From an uncultured Planctomycetales bacterium (lineage in GTDB: Bacteria > Planctomycetota > Planctomycetia > Pirellulales > PNKZ01): DNA of 64,000 bases. The stretch spans positions 281,774 through 345,773 of the forward strand of contig CAVQAC010000018.1 in NCBI GenBank assembly GCA_963710365.1. The letters run 5' to 3'. Below, in pieces: positions 21,029 to 31,536 of the stretch; the first letter of the stretch is position 1; every line of letters begins with the position of its first letter. A program made the position numbers and the translations under genes. The notes under the pieces are model-generated. The model searched no databases. It was given only the letters and a program-made list of their open reading frames with translations, and was not told where the DNA came from.

Positions 21029-21838
21029 ATGTCACGACAAATTCGCGTGGTAATCGTTGCGATGTTTACCCTGGGCGTAACCGCGAGCCTGGCTCATGCC
21101 CAAGGGCCTGGGATGAACCCGCAGATGCAGCAGCAACTGTTGCAGCGATTCGACAAAAACGGCAACGGCCAGCTCGATCCCGACGAAGTACAGGCCATGC
21201 AGCAGATGCGAGGCGGCGGAATGGGAATGGGCGGGCGCCCTGGAGGACCAGGCGGACAAGGTGGACCCGGCGGCGGCGGTGGCGGCCAGGGCGGTGGTGG
21301 AATGATGAACCCGCAAATGCAGCAGCAAATGTTGCTGAAATTCGATCAGAACGGCAACGGTCAGCTTGATCCTCCCGAGCGTCAAGCCATGCAGCAATAC
21401 ATGCAACAGATGGGGATGGGCGGCGGCGGCATGGGCATGGGCGGCATGGGCATGGGCGGCATGGGTATGGGTGGCCGGCCCGGAGGTGCTGGCGGCCAGG
21501 GCGGCGGCGGGATGATGAACCCGCAGATGCAGCAAAGGCTTCTGCAGATGTTCGACAAGAACGGCAACGGCCAACTCGACCCCGACGAAAAAATGGCCGC
21601 CATGCAATACGGCCAGCAGATGCGCGGCGGAATGGGCGGACCTCCAGGAGCCGGCGGACCTCCAGGTGGCCAAGGCAAAATGCAAGCCGCTACGGTCGGC
21701 GCCACCGCGAAGAAGGGCAAGCAAACGACCAATGCGGCCCAGGACAAGCAACTGCAGTTGCTGCGGTTCGACAAAAATGGGAACGGCAAGCTCGAACCCG
21801 ACGAGCTCAAAGCGTCACGGGACGCCGCCAAGGAATAA
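21029..21838 (+). CDS. Secreted EF-hand protein with Gly/Met/Gln-rich linkers
   Basis: Signal peptide ending AHA; four FD(K/Q)NGNG(Q/K)L(D/E)P(D/P)E loops. Confidence 0.85.
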   Translation: MSRQIRVVIVAMFTLGVTASLAHAQGPGMNPQMQQQLLQRFDKNGNGQLDPDEVQAMQQMRGGGMGMGGRPGGPGGQGGPGGGGGGQGGGGMMNPQMQQQMLLKFDQNGNGQLDPPERQAMQQYMQQMGMGGGGMGMGGMGMGGMGMGGRPGGAGGQGGGGMMNPQMQQRLLQMFDKNGNGQLDPDEKMAAMQYGQQMRGGMGGPPGAGGPPGGQGKMQAATVGATAKKGKQTTNAAQDKQLQLLRFDKNGNGKLEPDELKASRDAAKE

Positions 21839-21951
21839 TAAGTGGGCCGGCAGTTGCCTCGCGGGAGAACGGTTCTCCGGACGGAGATTCGACCACCACG
21901 ATACCACGGACGCTACGTAGGAAAGTTCTCTATCTGACAAATAGAGGGGAA

Positions 21952-23368
21952 GGCCCTGTAAGAAATCTTGTGTCAGCTAGCAGAAACGGGTAATTTTCCG
22001 CAACCTTTTTCTGACTTGGAGACTGACGCATGGATGCTTCCCTACGATCACGGGCCGAGCAGCTAGCAAACGAGTTTTCCAGCCAGGCCACAACGGCCGA
22101 GGAGCTCAACGCGTTTATGCGGCTGATGATGAAGTCTGCTTTGGAGCGGATGCTCAACACGGAGATGGATGTCCATTTGGGTCGCAAGGGTTCGGCGGGA
22201 GCCGCCATGCCCGACGAGCAGCCTGGTGCGACGTCCGTGGCCATCGAGCCTGTCGCGTCTGTGGCCAGCTCGGGCAAACGCTCGCCCAACCGCCGCAACG
22301 GTCGTTCTCGTAAAACGGTACAGGGGGACTTGGGCGAATTAACCATTGCCACGCCTCGCGATCGTGACGGTACGTTCGAGCCGCAGCTGATCGGCAAGCA
22401 CCAGCGACGCGTGCCGGGCTTCGACGAAAAGATCCTGGCCCTGTACGCCAAGGGGATGACCACCCGCGACATTCAAGAGGTGGTCTTGGAACTCTACGGC
22501 GTGGAGGTCTCTGCCACGTTGATCTCGGAAATCACGGCCGATCTGGACGCGGAAGTGACGACCTGGCGTACGCGGTCGCTGGACGGTGTCTGGCCGATCG
22601 TTTATTTCGACGGCATCGTCGTGCACGCCCGCGGCGACAACGGCCGGGTCGCGCAGCGCACGGTCTACGTGGCCTTGGGCGTCAATCTGCAAGGACGCAA
22701 GGAGCTGTTGGGACTGTGGCTGGGCGAGAACGAAGGAGCCAAATTCTGGCTGGCCTGCCTGACCGATCTGAAGAGCCGGGGGTTGCGGGATATTTTTGTG
22801 GCCTGCATTGATGGGCTGTCCGGCTTTGCCGAGGCGATTCACGCGGCCTACCCCCAGGCCAAGGTGCAACTGTGCATCGTGCACCTGGTACGTGCTGCTC
22901 TGCGTTACGTGAATACGCAGGACAGCAAGCCGGTGACTGCCGACTTGCAGAAGATCTACCGGGCCGCGACGGCCCTCGAAGCGGAGCAAGCGCTCGACGC
23001 TTTTGCTAAAGCCTGGGATGGGAAATATCCGACGATCGCAAAGATGTGGCGTGCCAAGTGGCCCGACATCATCACGTTGTTCGATTTTCCGGCGGCCATT
23101 CGCAAGGCGATCTACACGACCAATGCGATTGAATCGGTGAACAGCGTGATTCGCAAGTTCACGCGGAACCGCAAGATTTACCCCAACGAAGAGTCCGCTT
23201 TGAAGATCGTGTACATGGCGATCCATGAGGCGGCCAAGAAGTGGACGATGCCGATCCATCACTGGAAAGAGGCCCTCAATCACTTTGCAATCCTATTCGA
23301 GGGTCGCATGCCAAAAGAAAGCAAATAACGTTCCGGCGCTAGCCTGACACAAAAGAAATTACAGGGCC
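21952..23368 (+). mobile_element. IS256-family insertion sequence (1417 bp) with terminal inverted repeats and 7-bp target duplication
   Basis: IRL GGCCCTGTAAgaaatcTTGTGTCAG; reverse complement of IRR GGCCCTGTAAtttcttTTGTGTCAG. AGGGGAA at 21945-21951 and 23369-23375. Confidence 0.93.
22030..23328 (+). CDS. IS256-family (Mutator-type) DDE transposase, intact
   Basis: RNG, PRDRDGTFEP, YFDG, DGLSG, QLCIVH and YTTNAIES. Confidence 0.95.
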   Translation: MDASLRSRAEQLANEFSSQATTAEELNAFMRLMMKSALERMLNTEMDVHLGRKGSAGAAMPDEQPGATSVAIEPVASVASSGKRSPNRRNGRSRKTVQGDLGELTIATPRDRDGTFEPQLIGKHQRRVPGFDEKILALYAKGMTTRDIQEVVLELYGVEVSATLISEITADLDAEVTTWRTRSLDGVWPIVYFDGIVVHARGDNGRVAQRTVYVALGVNLQGRKELLGLWLGENEGAKFWLACLTDLKSRGLRDIFVACIDGLSGFAEAIHAAYPQAKVQLCIVHLVRAALRYVNTQDSKPVTADLQKIYRAATALEAEQALDAFAKAWDGKYPTIAKMWRAKWPDIITLFDFPAAIRKAIYTTNAIESVNSVIRKFTRNRKIYPNEESALKIVYMAIHEAAKKWTMPIHHWKEALNHFAILFEGRMPKESK

Positions 23369-23371
23369 AGG

Positions 23372-23437
23372 GGAACGCTAATCTTCACTAATCTCCGCTA
23401 ATTTTGATTAGTGTCGATGTGCGTTGATTAGTGTTCC
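23372..23437. repeat. Palindromic CTAAT/ATTAG REP-like element abutting the IS256 right end
   Basis: GGAACGCTAATC (23372-23383) matches the reverse complement of GATTAGTGTTCC (23426-23437) at 11/12; three CTAAT and two ATTAG copies. Confidence 0.65.
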
Positions 23438-23610
23438 TGCATCCGAATAGTCGATCTTGGAACTACTTTAATTCTTCGTCTCTGTCGTAGTGTCGTGGTG
23501 GTTCCCGTTTCTATGTCCGCAGCGCCGATAGGTTGAAGCGCCGGCGGACGAATGCCTGCCACTCATTGCAGCGCATCGTCTCAATCATTGACATGCCGCT
23601 CCGGCAGCCG

Positions 23611-24254
23611 TCAAAGCCCCGTGAAGTCGCCCAGTTCGTCGCGCAGTCGCTGCAAGATCCGCGATTTGGCCACGCGAACGGCGCCGGCAGTCATCGCCAG
23701 GTCGCTGGCCACGTCCTTTGCGCATCGGCCTTCGATGGTCGTCAACCAGAACGCCTGCCAGGTTCGCGGCTCGAACTCGCCACGGATCGAAGCCAGCGCC
23801 CGGCGGAACAGGCTGCGTTCGGCGCTCACTTCGATCTCGCTAGGATCCTCGGGCGAGCAGGAGGGAATGTGCTCGGGCACTTGAGTCAGCCGCAGGCCGG
23901 CCTCGGTTCCGCCTTCGCCTCCCGGTTCGCGCCCAGCCGGCGGTAATGGTCGTGGATTTTGTTGCGGGTAATCGTCCGCAGCCAGCCACGGAACGTGTCG
24001 CTCGCGGTTTGCTTGCGGAAGCCTGAAACATGGGTGGCCACGGCCAGGAAAACCTCCTGCACGATGTCGGCCGTGTCGGCCGTTTGCAACTCGCCATGGC
24101 GGCACCACCCCAGCACCAGCGGCGCATACAGGCTCACCAACCGGTCCCAGGCATCCGGATTGCCGGCCTGCACGTGCTGGAGCAGGCTGCGGTTGGTGGC
24201 GGACGAAGGATCGGAACCGCTGCCGTTGGTTGTGGTTGGAGGGGCGTTGTTCAT
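23611..24254 (-). CDS. ECF sigma-70 factor (planctomycete kinase-associated type); indel near 23900
   Basis: SATNRSLL, AWDRLVSLYAP, DTADIVQEVF and FRGWLRTITRNK. Region 4: TWQAFW...VASDLAMTAGAVRVAKSR. Confidence 0.88.
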
Positions 24255-24413
24255 GCGCTGCGTTCTTGCCGGGCGTGCGGCGTGCGGGCGGTCGACGGTT
24301 TTCCTGCTATCGTACAACACGTAGGATGAAAAGTATGCGATGCATGGCAATTCCCCTCGGTCGCGCCGCCGCAGCGCGTAACGCGGGGCCGTTACAGTAG
24401 TATCGAGGACCGG

Positions 24414-26296
24414 ATGATGTCGCCAACCTGCCCCCCGCGTACGGAACTCCATGAGTTTGCGCTGGGTAATCTGCCGCGGCCGGCCTGGCAACGCGTCGAA
24501 GACCATGTCAGGCAGTGCTATAGCTGCGAAACGATTCTGCAAGAGTTCGACGCCGCCCGTGACCCCGTCCTGGCCAGGCTTGAGGAACTGAGCCAGGCCG
24601 ACGGCTCGACCGAGTCTCAGATACCCGACGATTTGCTGCGAGCTGCCCGCACCGGCTTTCGCGACAAGCGTGCTGCGGTCTGGACGCTTGCCGATGGCCA
24701 ACGGCATTTGGGCAAGTTCGAACTGCTCGAGGAAATCGGCGTCGGCTCGTTCGGATCGGTGTTTCGCGCCCGCGATCCCGATTTGGATCGGACGGTCGCC
24801 ATCAAGGTATTGCGGGCGGGCCGCCTGGCCAGCCGGGAAGAAATGGATCGGTTCTTTCGCGAGGCCCGCAGCGCCGCCCAGCTCAAGCATCCGGGCATCG
24901 TCTCGCTGTACGATACCGGCCAGACCGACGACGGCACCTGCTTCCTGGTCGAGGAGCTGATCCAGGGCCAGACCTTGATGAACTGGTTTCGATCGGCCCG
25001 CGCGACGTTCCGCGATATCGCTGAGCTGATCGCGCGGCTGGCCGAAGCGCTCGACTACGCCCATGGGCAGGGTGTAATTCACCGCGACGTCAAGCCGTCG
25101 AACATCATCATCGACAGCCAGGGTCGGCCCCATCTGATGGATTTCGGGCTGGCCAAGCGCGATGCGGACGAAGCCTCGATCACAGTGGACGGCCAAATGC
25201 TGGGCACGCCGGCCTACATGTCGCCCGAGCAAGCCCGCGGCGAAGCGCATCATGTCGACGCCCGCAGCGACATCTTCAGCCTGGGAGTGATCCTGTACGA
25301 GTTGCTGACCGGCGAGCGTCCGTTCCGCGGCCATGGTCGGATGCTCATTATGCAGGTGCTCGAGGACGAACCCCGGCGCGCCGCGCCGGCTGAATGACAA
25401 GATCCCCCGCGACTTGGAAACGATCTGCCAAAAGGCCCTGGCCAAGGCCCCAGTCGCGCCGCTTCGCAACGGCTGGCGAATTGGCGGACGACTCTGCGCC
25501 GTTGGTTGACGGGCGAGCCCATCCGAGCCCGGCCGATCGGCTCGGCAGAACGCGTATGGAGATGGTGCCGCCGCAACCCCATGCCGGCCAGCCTGCTGGC
25601 GGCCGTAACGCTGGGTTCGGCGCTGGGTCTGTGGCACCTTTCGCAGCTAAGTGCTTACCTGGTGCGTACCACGGCCTTGGAGAGTTGCACGCAGCAGGCC
25701 GAGATCCTGGAAGTCGTCGATAACTATTACAGTTCCGAAGTCGTCGATCGTGTCGGCAAACACGGTATTGAAGTCACGCACGACTATCGAAACCGGCCCA
25801 AGTCCATTCCTCTGCCGGCGACGCTGAACATTGAGCTGGGCCAACGTATCAGCGAGAAGAGCGTCTCGGGCATGCAGGTGCGGCTGTATAGCGACTACCC
25901 GTTCAAGTCGCGCAAGGACGGCGGCCCCAAGGACGAATTCGAGCGCCAGAGCGCTCGACCTTGTTGCGCAAGATCCCCGAACGGCCCGTCGACCAGTTCG
26001 AAGACTACCAGGGTCGGGCTTCGCTTCGCTTCGCGAAGGCTCGCCGGATGGGGGATGCCTGCGTCCGCTGCCACAACACCCACAAGGAAAGCATCAAGAC
26101 CGATTGGAAAGTTGGGGAGGTTGGCGGGGTGCTGGAAATCATTCGTCCCTTGGACCAGGACATCGCCCGCACACGTGCCGGTTTACGGGGCACATTCATC
26201 CTCGTGGGCTCGGTCTCGGGATCCTTGCTGGCGGCGTCGGGCCTGGCAATTTGGGTCCGGAGTAGTAGGCAGAGGGCGGTGAGCAGTAGGCAGTAG
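24414..26296 (+). CDS. Ser/Thr kinase with N-terminal zinc finger, TM, DUF3365-like c-heme domain and second TM; several indels
   Basis: CP...HVRQCYSC, IGVGSFG, HRDVKPSN, DFG, GTPAYMSPEQ, WCRRNP+TM, PLPAT, RLYSDYPF, CVRCH (26060-26074), WKVGEVGGVLE and a terminal TM. Confidence 0.85.
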
Positions 26297-26442
26297 CCAG
26301 AGGGCAGCAGGCGGGATTGCGTGGGTCGTGTAACGTGGCTGCGTTATGTTAGTAGACGGGCAGGAGCGCCACGAAGGAACCTAGTCGCCGGTCGGAACTG
26401 CCCGCTGCCTGCCGCCGGCTGCCCGCTTCGAACTGCCTACCT
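26262..26442. repeat. Inverted pair of degenerate heptamer arrays (GCAGTAG-like and CTGCCT(A/G)C-like)
   Basis: GTAGTAG GCAGAGG GCGGTGA GCAGTAG GCAGTAG CCAGAGG GCAGCAG on the left; ACTGCCC GCTGCCT GCCGCCG GCTGCCC...ACTGCCT at 26397-26442. Confidence 0.65.
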
Positions 26443-26458
26443 TTCCTGGAGAAAAGCC

Positions 26459-28009
26459 ATGAGTAATCGCAGCCGTCGTGAATTCCTGGCGGACGTGGGG
26501 CGCGGCATGCTGGTGGCCAGCGTCGGTTCGAACCTGGCCGTCGACATGGGCTTGGCTTCGGCTCGGGCCGCCGATGGGGCGGCCGATCGGTTGGAGTTCG
26601 GCTCGCTCGAACCGTTGGTGTCGCTCATGCAGGAAACACCGGCCGACAAACTGCTGCCGGAGTTGGTTCGCCGGCTTGCCGATGGAACCGATTTGCGCAC
26701 GCTCGATTTCGGCCGGCGCACTGGCCAACGCCCGCACGTTCGCCGGCGAGGATTACATCGGCTTTCATACGTTCATGGCCTTGCTGCCAGCCTACGAGAT
26801 GGCCCGCGAACTTCCCCAGGATCGGCGGGCACTGCCGGTGCTGAAAGTTCTGTATCGCAACACGTCGCGGATGCAGGCCCAGGGAGGCTGCAAACACGAA
26901 ATGCTGCACCCGGTTGAACCGGCGACCTTGCCCGCAGGCCGCAACGGCGGCGAGCTATTGCAGGAATTGACGCGTCGCCGCGACGCCAAAGCGGCAGAAG
27001 CTGCCTTTGCGGCCATGGTTCAAGGCCCCGTTGGCGAGGCTTACCAGCATTTGCAATACGAGATCCAGGACGAGGTCGACGTGCATCGCGTGGTGCTGTC
27101 GTGGCGGGCCTGGGCCATGCTCGACCTGGTCGGCGAACAGTATGCCAGCACGCTGTTGCGTCAATCGGTGCGATTCTGCCTGCAGCAAGAAGGCTACGTG
27201 GTCGAGCAGAAGCGGCCACCTTGCCCCATTCGCACGCAACTGCCGAAATTGTTCGACGAGTACAAGCTCCTTAGCCGCCCACTGGGAACGCGTGAAGGGG
27301 ATGACACCTGGGTCGACAATTTCAGCCGCACCATCTATGCGGCCAAGCGCGAAGCGGCAGCCGATGCCGTGGCGGCAGCGTTGGCCGAAGGTATCTCGCC
27401 CGAATCAATCGGCGAAGCGCTTTCGCTGGCTGCAAATCGGCTGTTGCTGCACGATCCCGGCCGCCGCCAGGCCGCGAACGCCGACAAGCCAGTCGGCAGC
27501 GTGCATGGCGATTCGGTCGGCGTTCACGCTTCCGACTCGGCCAACGCCTGGCGCAATATCGCTCGCGTCAGCAATCAGCGCAATGTTGCCGCCAGCCTGA
27601 TCGTCGGCGCCTTCCATACGGCCGGCCAAAGCGGCGGATTGAACAAGGATCCGTATCCCTCGGTCGAGCAACTTTCCGCGATCACCGCCAGCAATCCTGA
27701 CGTGCTGCTCAAGGAATTGGACGCGGCGATTCGCGCCAAGGATCAGTTCCGGGCTTGCGCCTGGCGACCAGCTACGCCGGCTCGGGCGGGCAGCAGCGTC
27801 CGCTGTTCGATCTGCTGCTGGGCTTTGCGACCAGCGAAGACGGAGCCCTGCACGCCGAGAAGTATTACCGCACCGTGAGCGAAGAGTTCGCCCACACGCG
27901 GCCGGCCTTCCGCTGGCGCCATCTGGCCGGGTTGGCCCGTGTCTCCGCCAGCGAGTATGGCAAAACCGCCCCGGGCTACAGCCAGGCCAAGGACTTGCTC
28001 AAAGTCTGA
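26459..28009 (+). CDS. Tat-exported His-rich helical hypothetical protein; indels near 26705 and 27760
   Basis: MSNRSRREFLADVG; GFHTFMAL, DVHRVVL, SVHGDSVGVHASD and LHAEKYY; GGAGA RBS. Confidence 0.75.
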
Positions 28010-28040
28010 CGACGACACCTCCAGCTTTCAGGGTAGACCG

Positions 28041-29778
28041 ATGTCGAGAATCCAACCTACGGTGTTGCGATGCGCCCTTTTCGGTTGCGGATGGTTGATC
28101 CTAGGGCTGTCATCGTCGGCCGCTGAGCGGACACTCTTCGAGGAGAAGTTCAGCCGCCAACTCTCGCCCGGCTGGACCTGGATCGACGAACAGCGCGAGA
28201 GCTGGCGGCTCAACGGCGGTAATCTGGAGTTGAAGGTCGTTCCCGTGCCCGAGGGCTTGCAGTCGGGCGGTCGCAAGCATCCGAACCTGCTACTGCGCGA
28301 TCCGGGTACGCAGGGAGACTTCGCCGTCGAGGTTCAACTTCAAATCCGGCCGACGTCCGATCGGGAGCACGCCGGAGTCGTGATTTACTTCGACGGCGAT
28401 AACTACGTCGCGATCAACAAGGAGGTTCGCGGCGGAGATCTCGGCAGTGCGTCGGCTAAGGCCGAAATCGTGATGGTCGCAGAAAAGGCCGCCAAGCCGG
28501 AGGTGCGAGAGAAGGCCTACGAACACGAAGAGGTGTGCCTGCGTTTGTCCGTCGTGGGCAGGAAGGTGATCGGTCAGTTCCGCCACTACGATTCCGACGA
28601 GTGGCAGACGCTTGGCGAACTAGACATGCCAAATCAGGGGGCCTGCAAAGTAGGGCTGCTCGCCGGCGGGCCGCCCAAAGATGCCGAGCACTGGGCTCGC
28701 TTTAGCCAGTTCCACGTTACGGCGGGGAGCCGGCCTGAGACGGCCAAGAACGTCGCAGCCTCGAAGCCTTCGCAAGCTGCGAAGGATGAAAAGCGGCCCA
28801 GCGTCGCGCCAATTCAGAAGAAGCGGCCGATCGCAGCCAACGTTCCTTTGGCAGTGCAGGCGCGCGAGGCGGGCCAGCGGAGCGTTCCGTACTTGGAAAA
28901 GGACGGCGTGGCATGGATCAAGGAACGCAAGTGCGTAACGTGCCACTACGTTGGCTTCATGGTCTGGAGCTTCCGCGACGCCCGAGGGCGAGGTTTTGAC
29001 ATCGACAAGGAAAAGCTGGCCGAGTGGACCGAATTGGGCCTTGGCCGGCGCCAAGGGGCAGGGCGTCGAAGGCATGGGCCAATTGCTAGTCGCTCGCAAT
29101 CCGGCCGACACGAGCGAAAAGACCGCCAAGCTGGTCGATGGTCTACGCGAAGCCATCCTGGCAAAACAGAACAAGGATGGCTCGTGGAACCCAGGCGGCC
29201 AACTCCCTAGCCAAAAGCGGCCGGTGCCGGAAACCAGGCAAGTCAGCACCATGTGGACGATCCTGGCCTTGGCAACGCTCGACGAACCTGGCGAAGCGGT
29301 TCTCAAAAGCCGCGAAAACGCCCTGAAATGGCTGAAAGACAACGCGCCCGGCGAAACCGACCCTCCCGTCAGCAACGAATGGTACGTGGCGCGGATGCTG
29401 GTAGCAAAGCAATCTGACGAGCCGAAGGAGGTCGAGAAACTACGTGAAAACATCCTCGCCGCCCAGCAATCGGACGGCGGTTGGGGGTGGCTACGGGCCG
29501 ACAAGAGCGACGCCTTCGCAACCGGCCAATCCCTGTACGCGCTGGCCACGGTCGGCGTGCCCAGCTCGCACCCTGCCGTGCAACAGGCTTGGAAGTTCCT
29601 CATTGAGACCCAAACCGACAACGGCTCCTGGCTGGTGAACGGCACGAAAACGGAGACCAAAGACGCGGTGCATCCGTTCAGCAGTTTCTGGGGTTCGGCC
29701 TGGGCTCTGATCGGGCTAGCAAAGTCACTTCCCGACTCGGCCATGCACTCTGCTAGCACGGCTTCTATTCTGCCTTGA
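28041..29778 (+). CDS. Secreted ConA-like beta-sandwich + prenyltransferase/squalene-cyclase-type barrel protein; indel near 29030
   Basis: Signal peptide, beta-rich N-domain (GDFAVEV, HAGVVIY), CVTCH, and QW-type repeats QNKDGSW, QQSDGGW, QTDNGSW. Confidence 0.72.
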
Positions 29779-29896
29779 AAAGCGTGCCAGCACTTCTTCC
29801 CCACGCTGCCGGCCGCATTGCCTCGATTCGGCCGTAAAGGTAGAATCCGCGTCCATTTCCATACGCCTCGGCCGCTCGTTCAAGGATGGACCTGCC

Positions 29897-30914
29897 GTGA
29901 CGCAAGAAGCTTTACGCCTGGCCAGCCTGAGCCCGCTGGAACAATTGCGCTATCGGGCGCGAGATCATTCAGCTCGAAGCCCAAGCCCTCGACAAACTTA
30001 GCCGCCGCTTGGACGGCAGTTTTTGCCGTGCCGTCGAATACTTGCACCAGTGCCGCGGCAGCATCGTCGTGACCGGCATCGGCAAGGCGGGCCTGATCGG
30101 TCAAAAGATTTCGGCCACGCTGGCCTCGACCGGAACGCGTAGCATCTTTCTGCATCCCGTCGAAGCCGTACACGGCGACCTGGGGCGCGTGCATGCCGAC
30201 GACGTGGTGCTGGTTCTTTCGCAAAGCGGCGAAACGGCGGAAGTGCTGCGTTTGCTTCCCGAACTCGAAAAACTGCATGTCCCCGTGATTGCCGTAACCT
30301 CACGGGCGGCCAGCCGGCTGAGCCGGGCGGCGTCGGTCACGATTGAATTGGGCGCCTTGCAGGAAGCGTGCCCGTTGGGCCTGGCTCCCAGCACCAGCAC
30401 GACGGCCATGCTGGCCGTGGGCGATGCCTTGGCCCTGGTCGCCAGCCGCTTGTCGGCGTTTGGCCACGCCGATTTTGCCCGTGTTCACCCGGCCGGGCAA
30501 TTGGGCCTGGCCACCAGCCGCGTCGATGATCGGATGCGGCCCCTGGGCGAATGCCGGGTGGCCCGCGACGGCCAGACCGTGCGCGAAGTGTTTGCCGAAC
30601 TGCGTCGGCCAGGGCGTCGTAGCGGCGCCATCATGTTGGTGGGCGACGACGGCGCCCTGAGCGGGCTGTTCACCGATAGCGATTTGGCCCGGTTGTTCGA
30701 GGCCCGTCGTGACGCGGCCTTCGACCGGCCCATTCGCGAAGTGATGACGATCAATCCCCGCACTGTGGCCCAAGGCTCGATGCTGACCGATGCCGTAGCC
30801 ATCATGGCCGAACGCAAAATCAGCGAACTGCCGGTGATCGATGTCCTACGTGCGCCGGCCGGCTTGCTCGACATTACCGACCTGGTGGGTATGATTCCGG
30901 AAGAACCCCGCTAG
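29897..30914 (+). CDS. kdsD: Arabinose-5-phosphate isomerase (KpsF/GutQ; SIS + CBS); indel near 29955
   Basis: TGIGKAG, LHPVEAVHGDLG, SQSGET, EACPLGLAPSTST and a CBS pair; adjacent to kdsC. Confidence 0.9.
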
Positions 30915-31007
30915 CCAACCGCAAGCGCCGCACAATCGGCAAACTCAGCCGTTCGAGCGATCGATTGGCAGACCGAGCGCGAACCAAGCCTGACTCTGGA
31001 ACCGTAC

Positions 31008-31532
31008 ATGACCATAGCAACCCACCTTTGCCAGCCCATCGAGTTGATCCTGTCGGACGTTGATGGTGTGCTGACCGACGGCACCATCTTCTACAACAAC
31101 GAGGGAATCGAAAGCAAAGGTTTCCAGATCCGCGACGGCCTGGGAGTCAAGCTTTGGAACCGAGCCGGAGGCAAGTTCGGCGTGCTCACGGGTCGCAATT
31201 CGCACATCGTAAATCTGCGGGCGGCCGAACTGGGCATCGAAATCGTACGCCAAGGCACGGAGCAGAAGCTGGCGGCCATGAAAGAAGTCCTGGCGGAGTT
31301 GAAATTGCGCAGCGACCACGTTTGTTACATCGGCGACGACTTGCCCGACCTGGCCGCGATCCGCTTCGCGGGCTTGGGCGTGGCCGTGGCTGATGCAGCG
31401 ACCGAAGTGCGCGAGGCGGCCGATTACGTGACCCGCCTACCGGGCGGCCGCGGCGCGGTGCGCGAGACGATCGAGCTGATCCTCAAGGCTCAAGGCCGCT
31501 GGGACGATCTGATTCAAAAGTACAGCTACTAG
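31008..31532 (+). CDS. kdsC: KDO-8-phosphate phosphatase
   Basis: DVDGVLTDG, RDGLG, IGDDLPD and GGRGAVRE. Confidence 0.92.
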   Translation: MTIATHLCQPIELILSDVDGVLTDGTIFYNNEGIESKGFQIRDGLGVKLWNRAGGKFGVLTGRNSHIVNLRAAELGIEIVRQGTEQKLAAMKEVLAELKLRSDHVCYIGDDLPDLAAIRFAGLGVAVADAATEVREAADYVTRLPGGRGAVRETIELILKAQGRWDDLIQKYSY

Positions 31533-31536
31533 AGTT

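Noticed and set aside
23886-25637. 583-aa minus-strand ORF as a giant sigma-factor fusion
   Set aside because: Most of it is the antisense shadow of the kinase; only the part from 24254 downward is the sigma factor.
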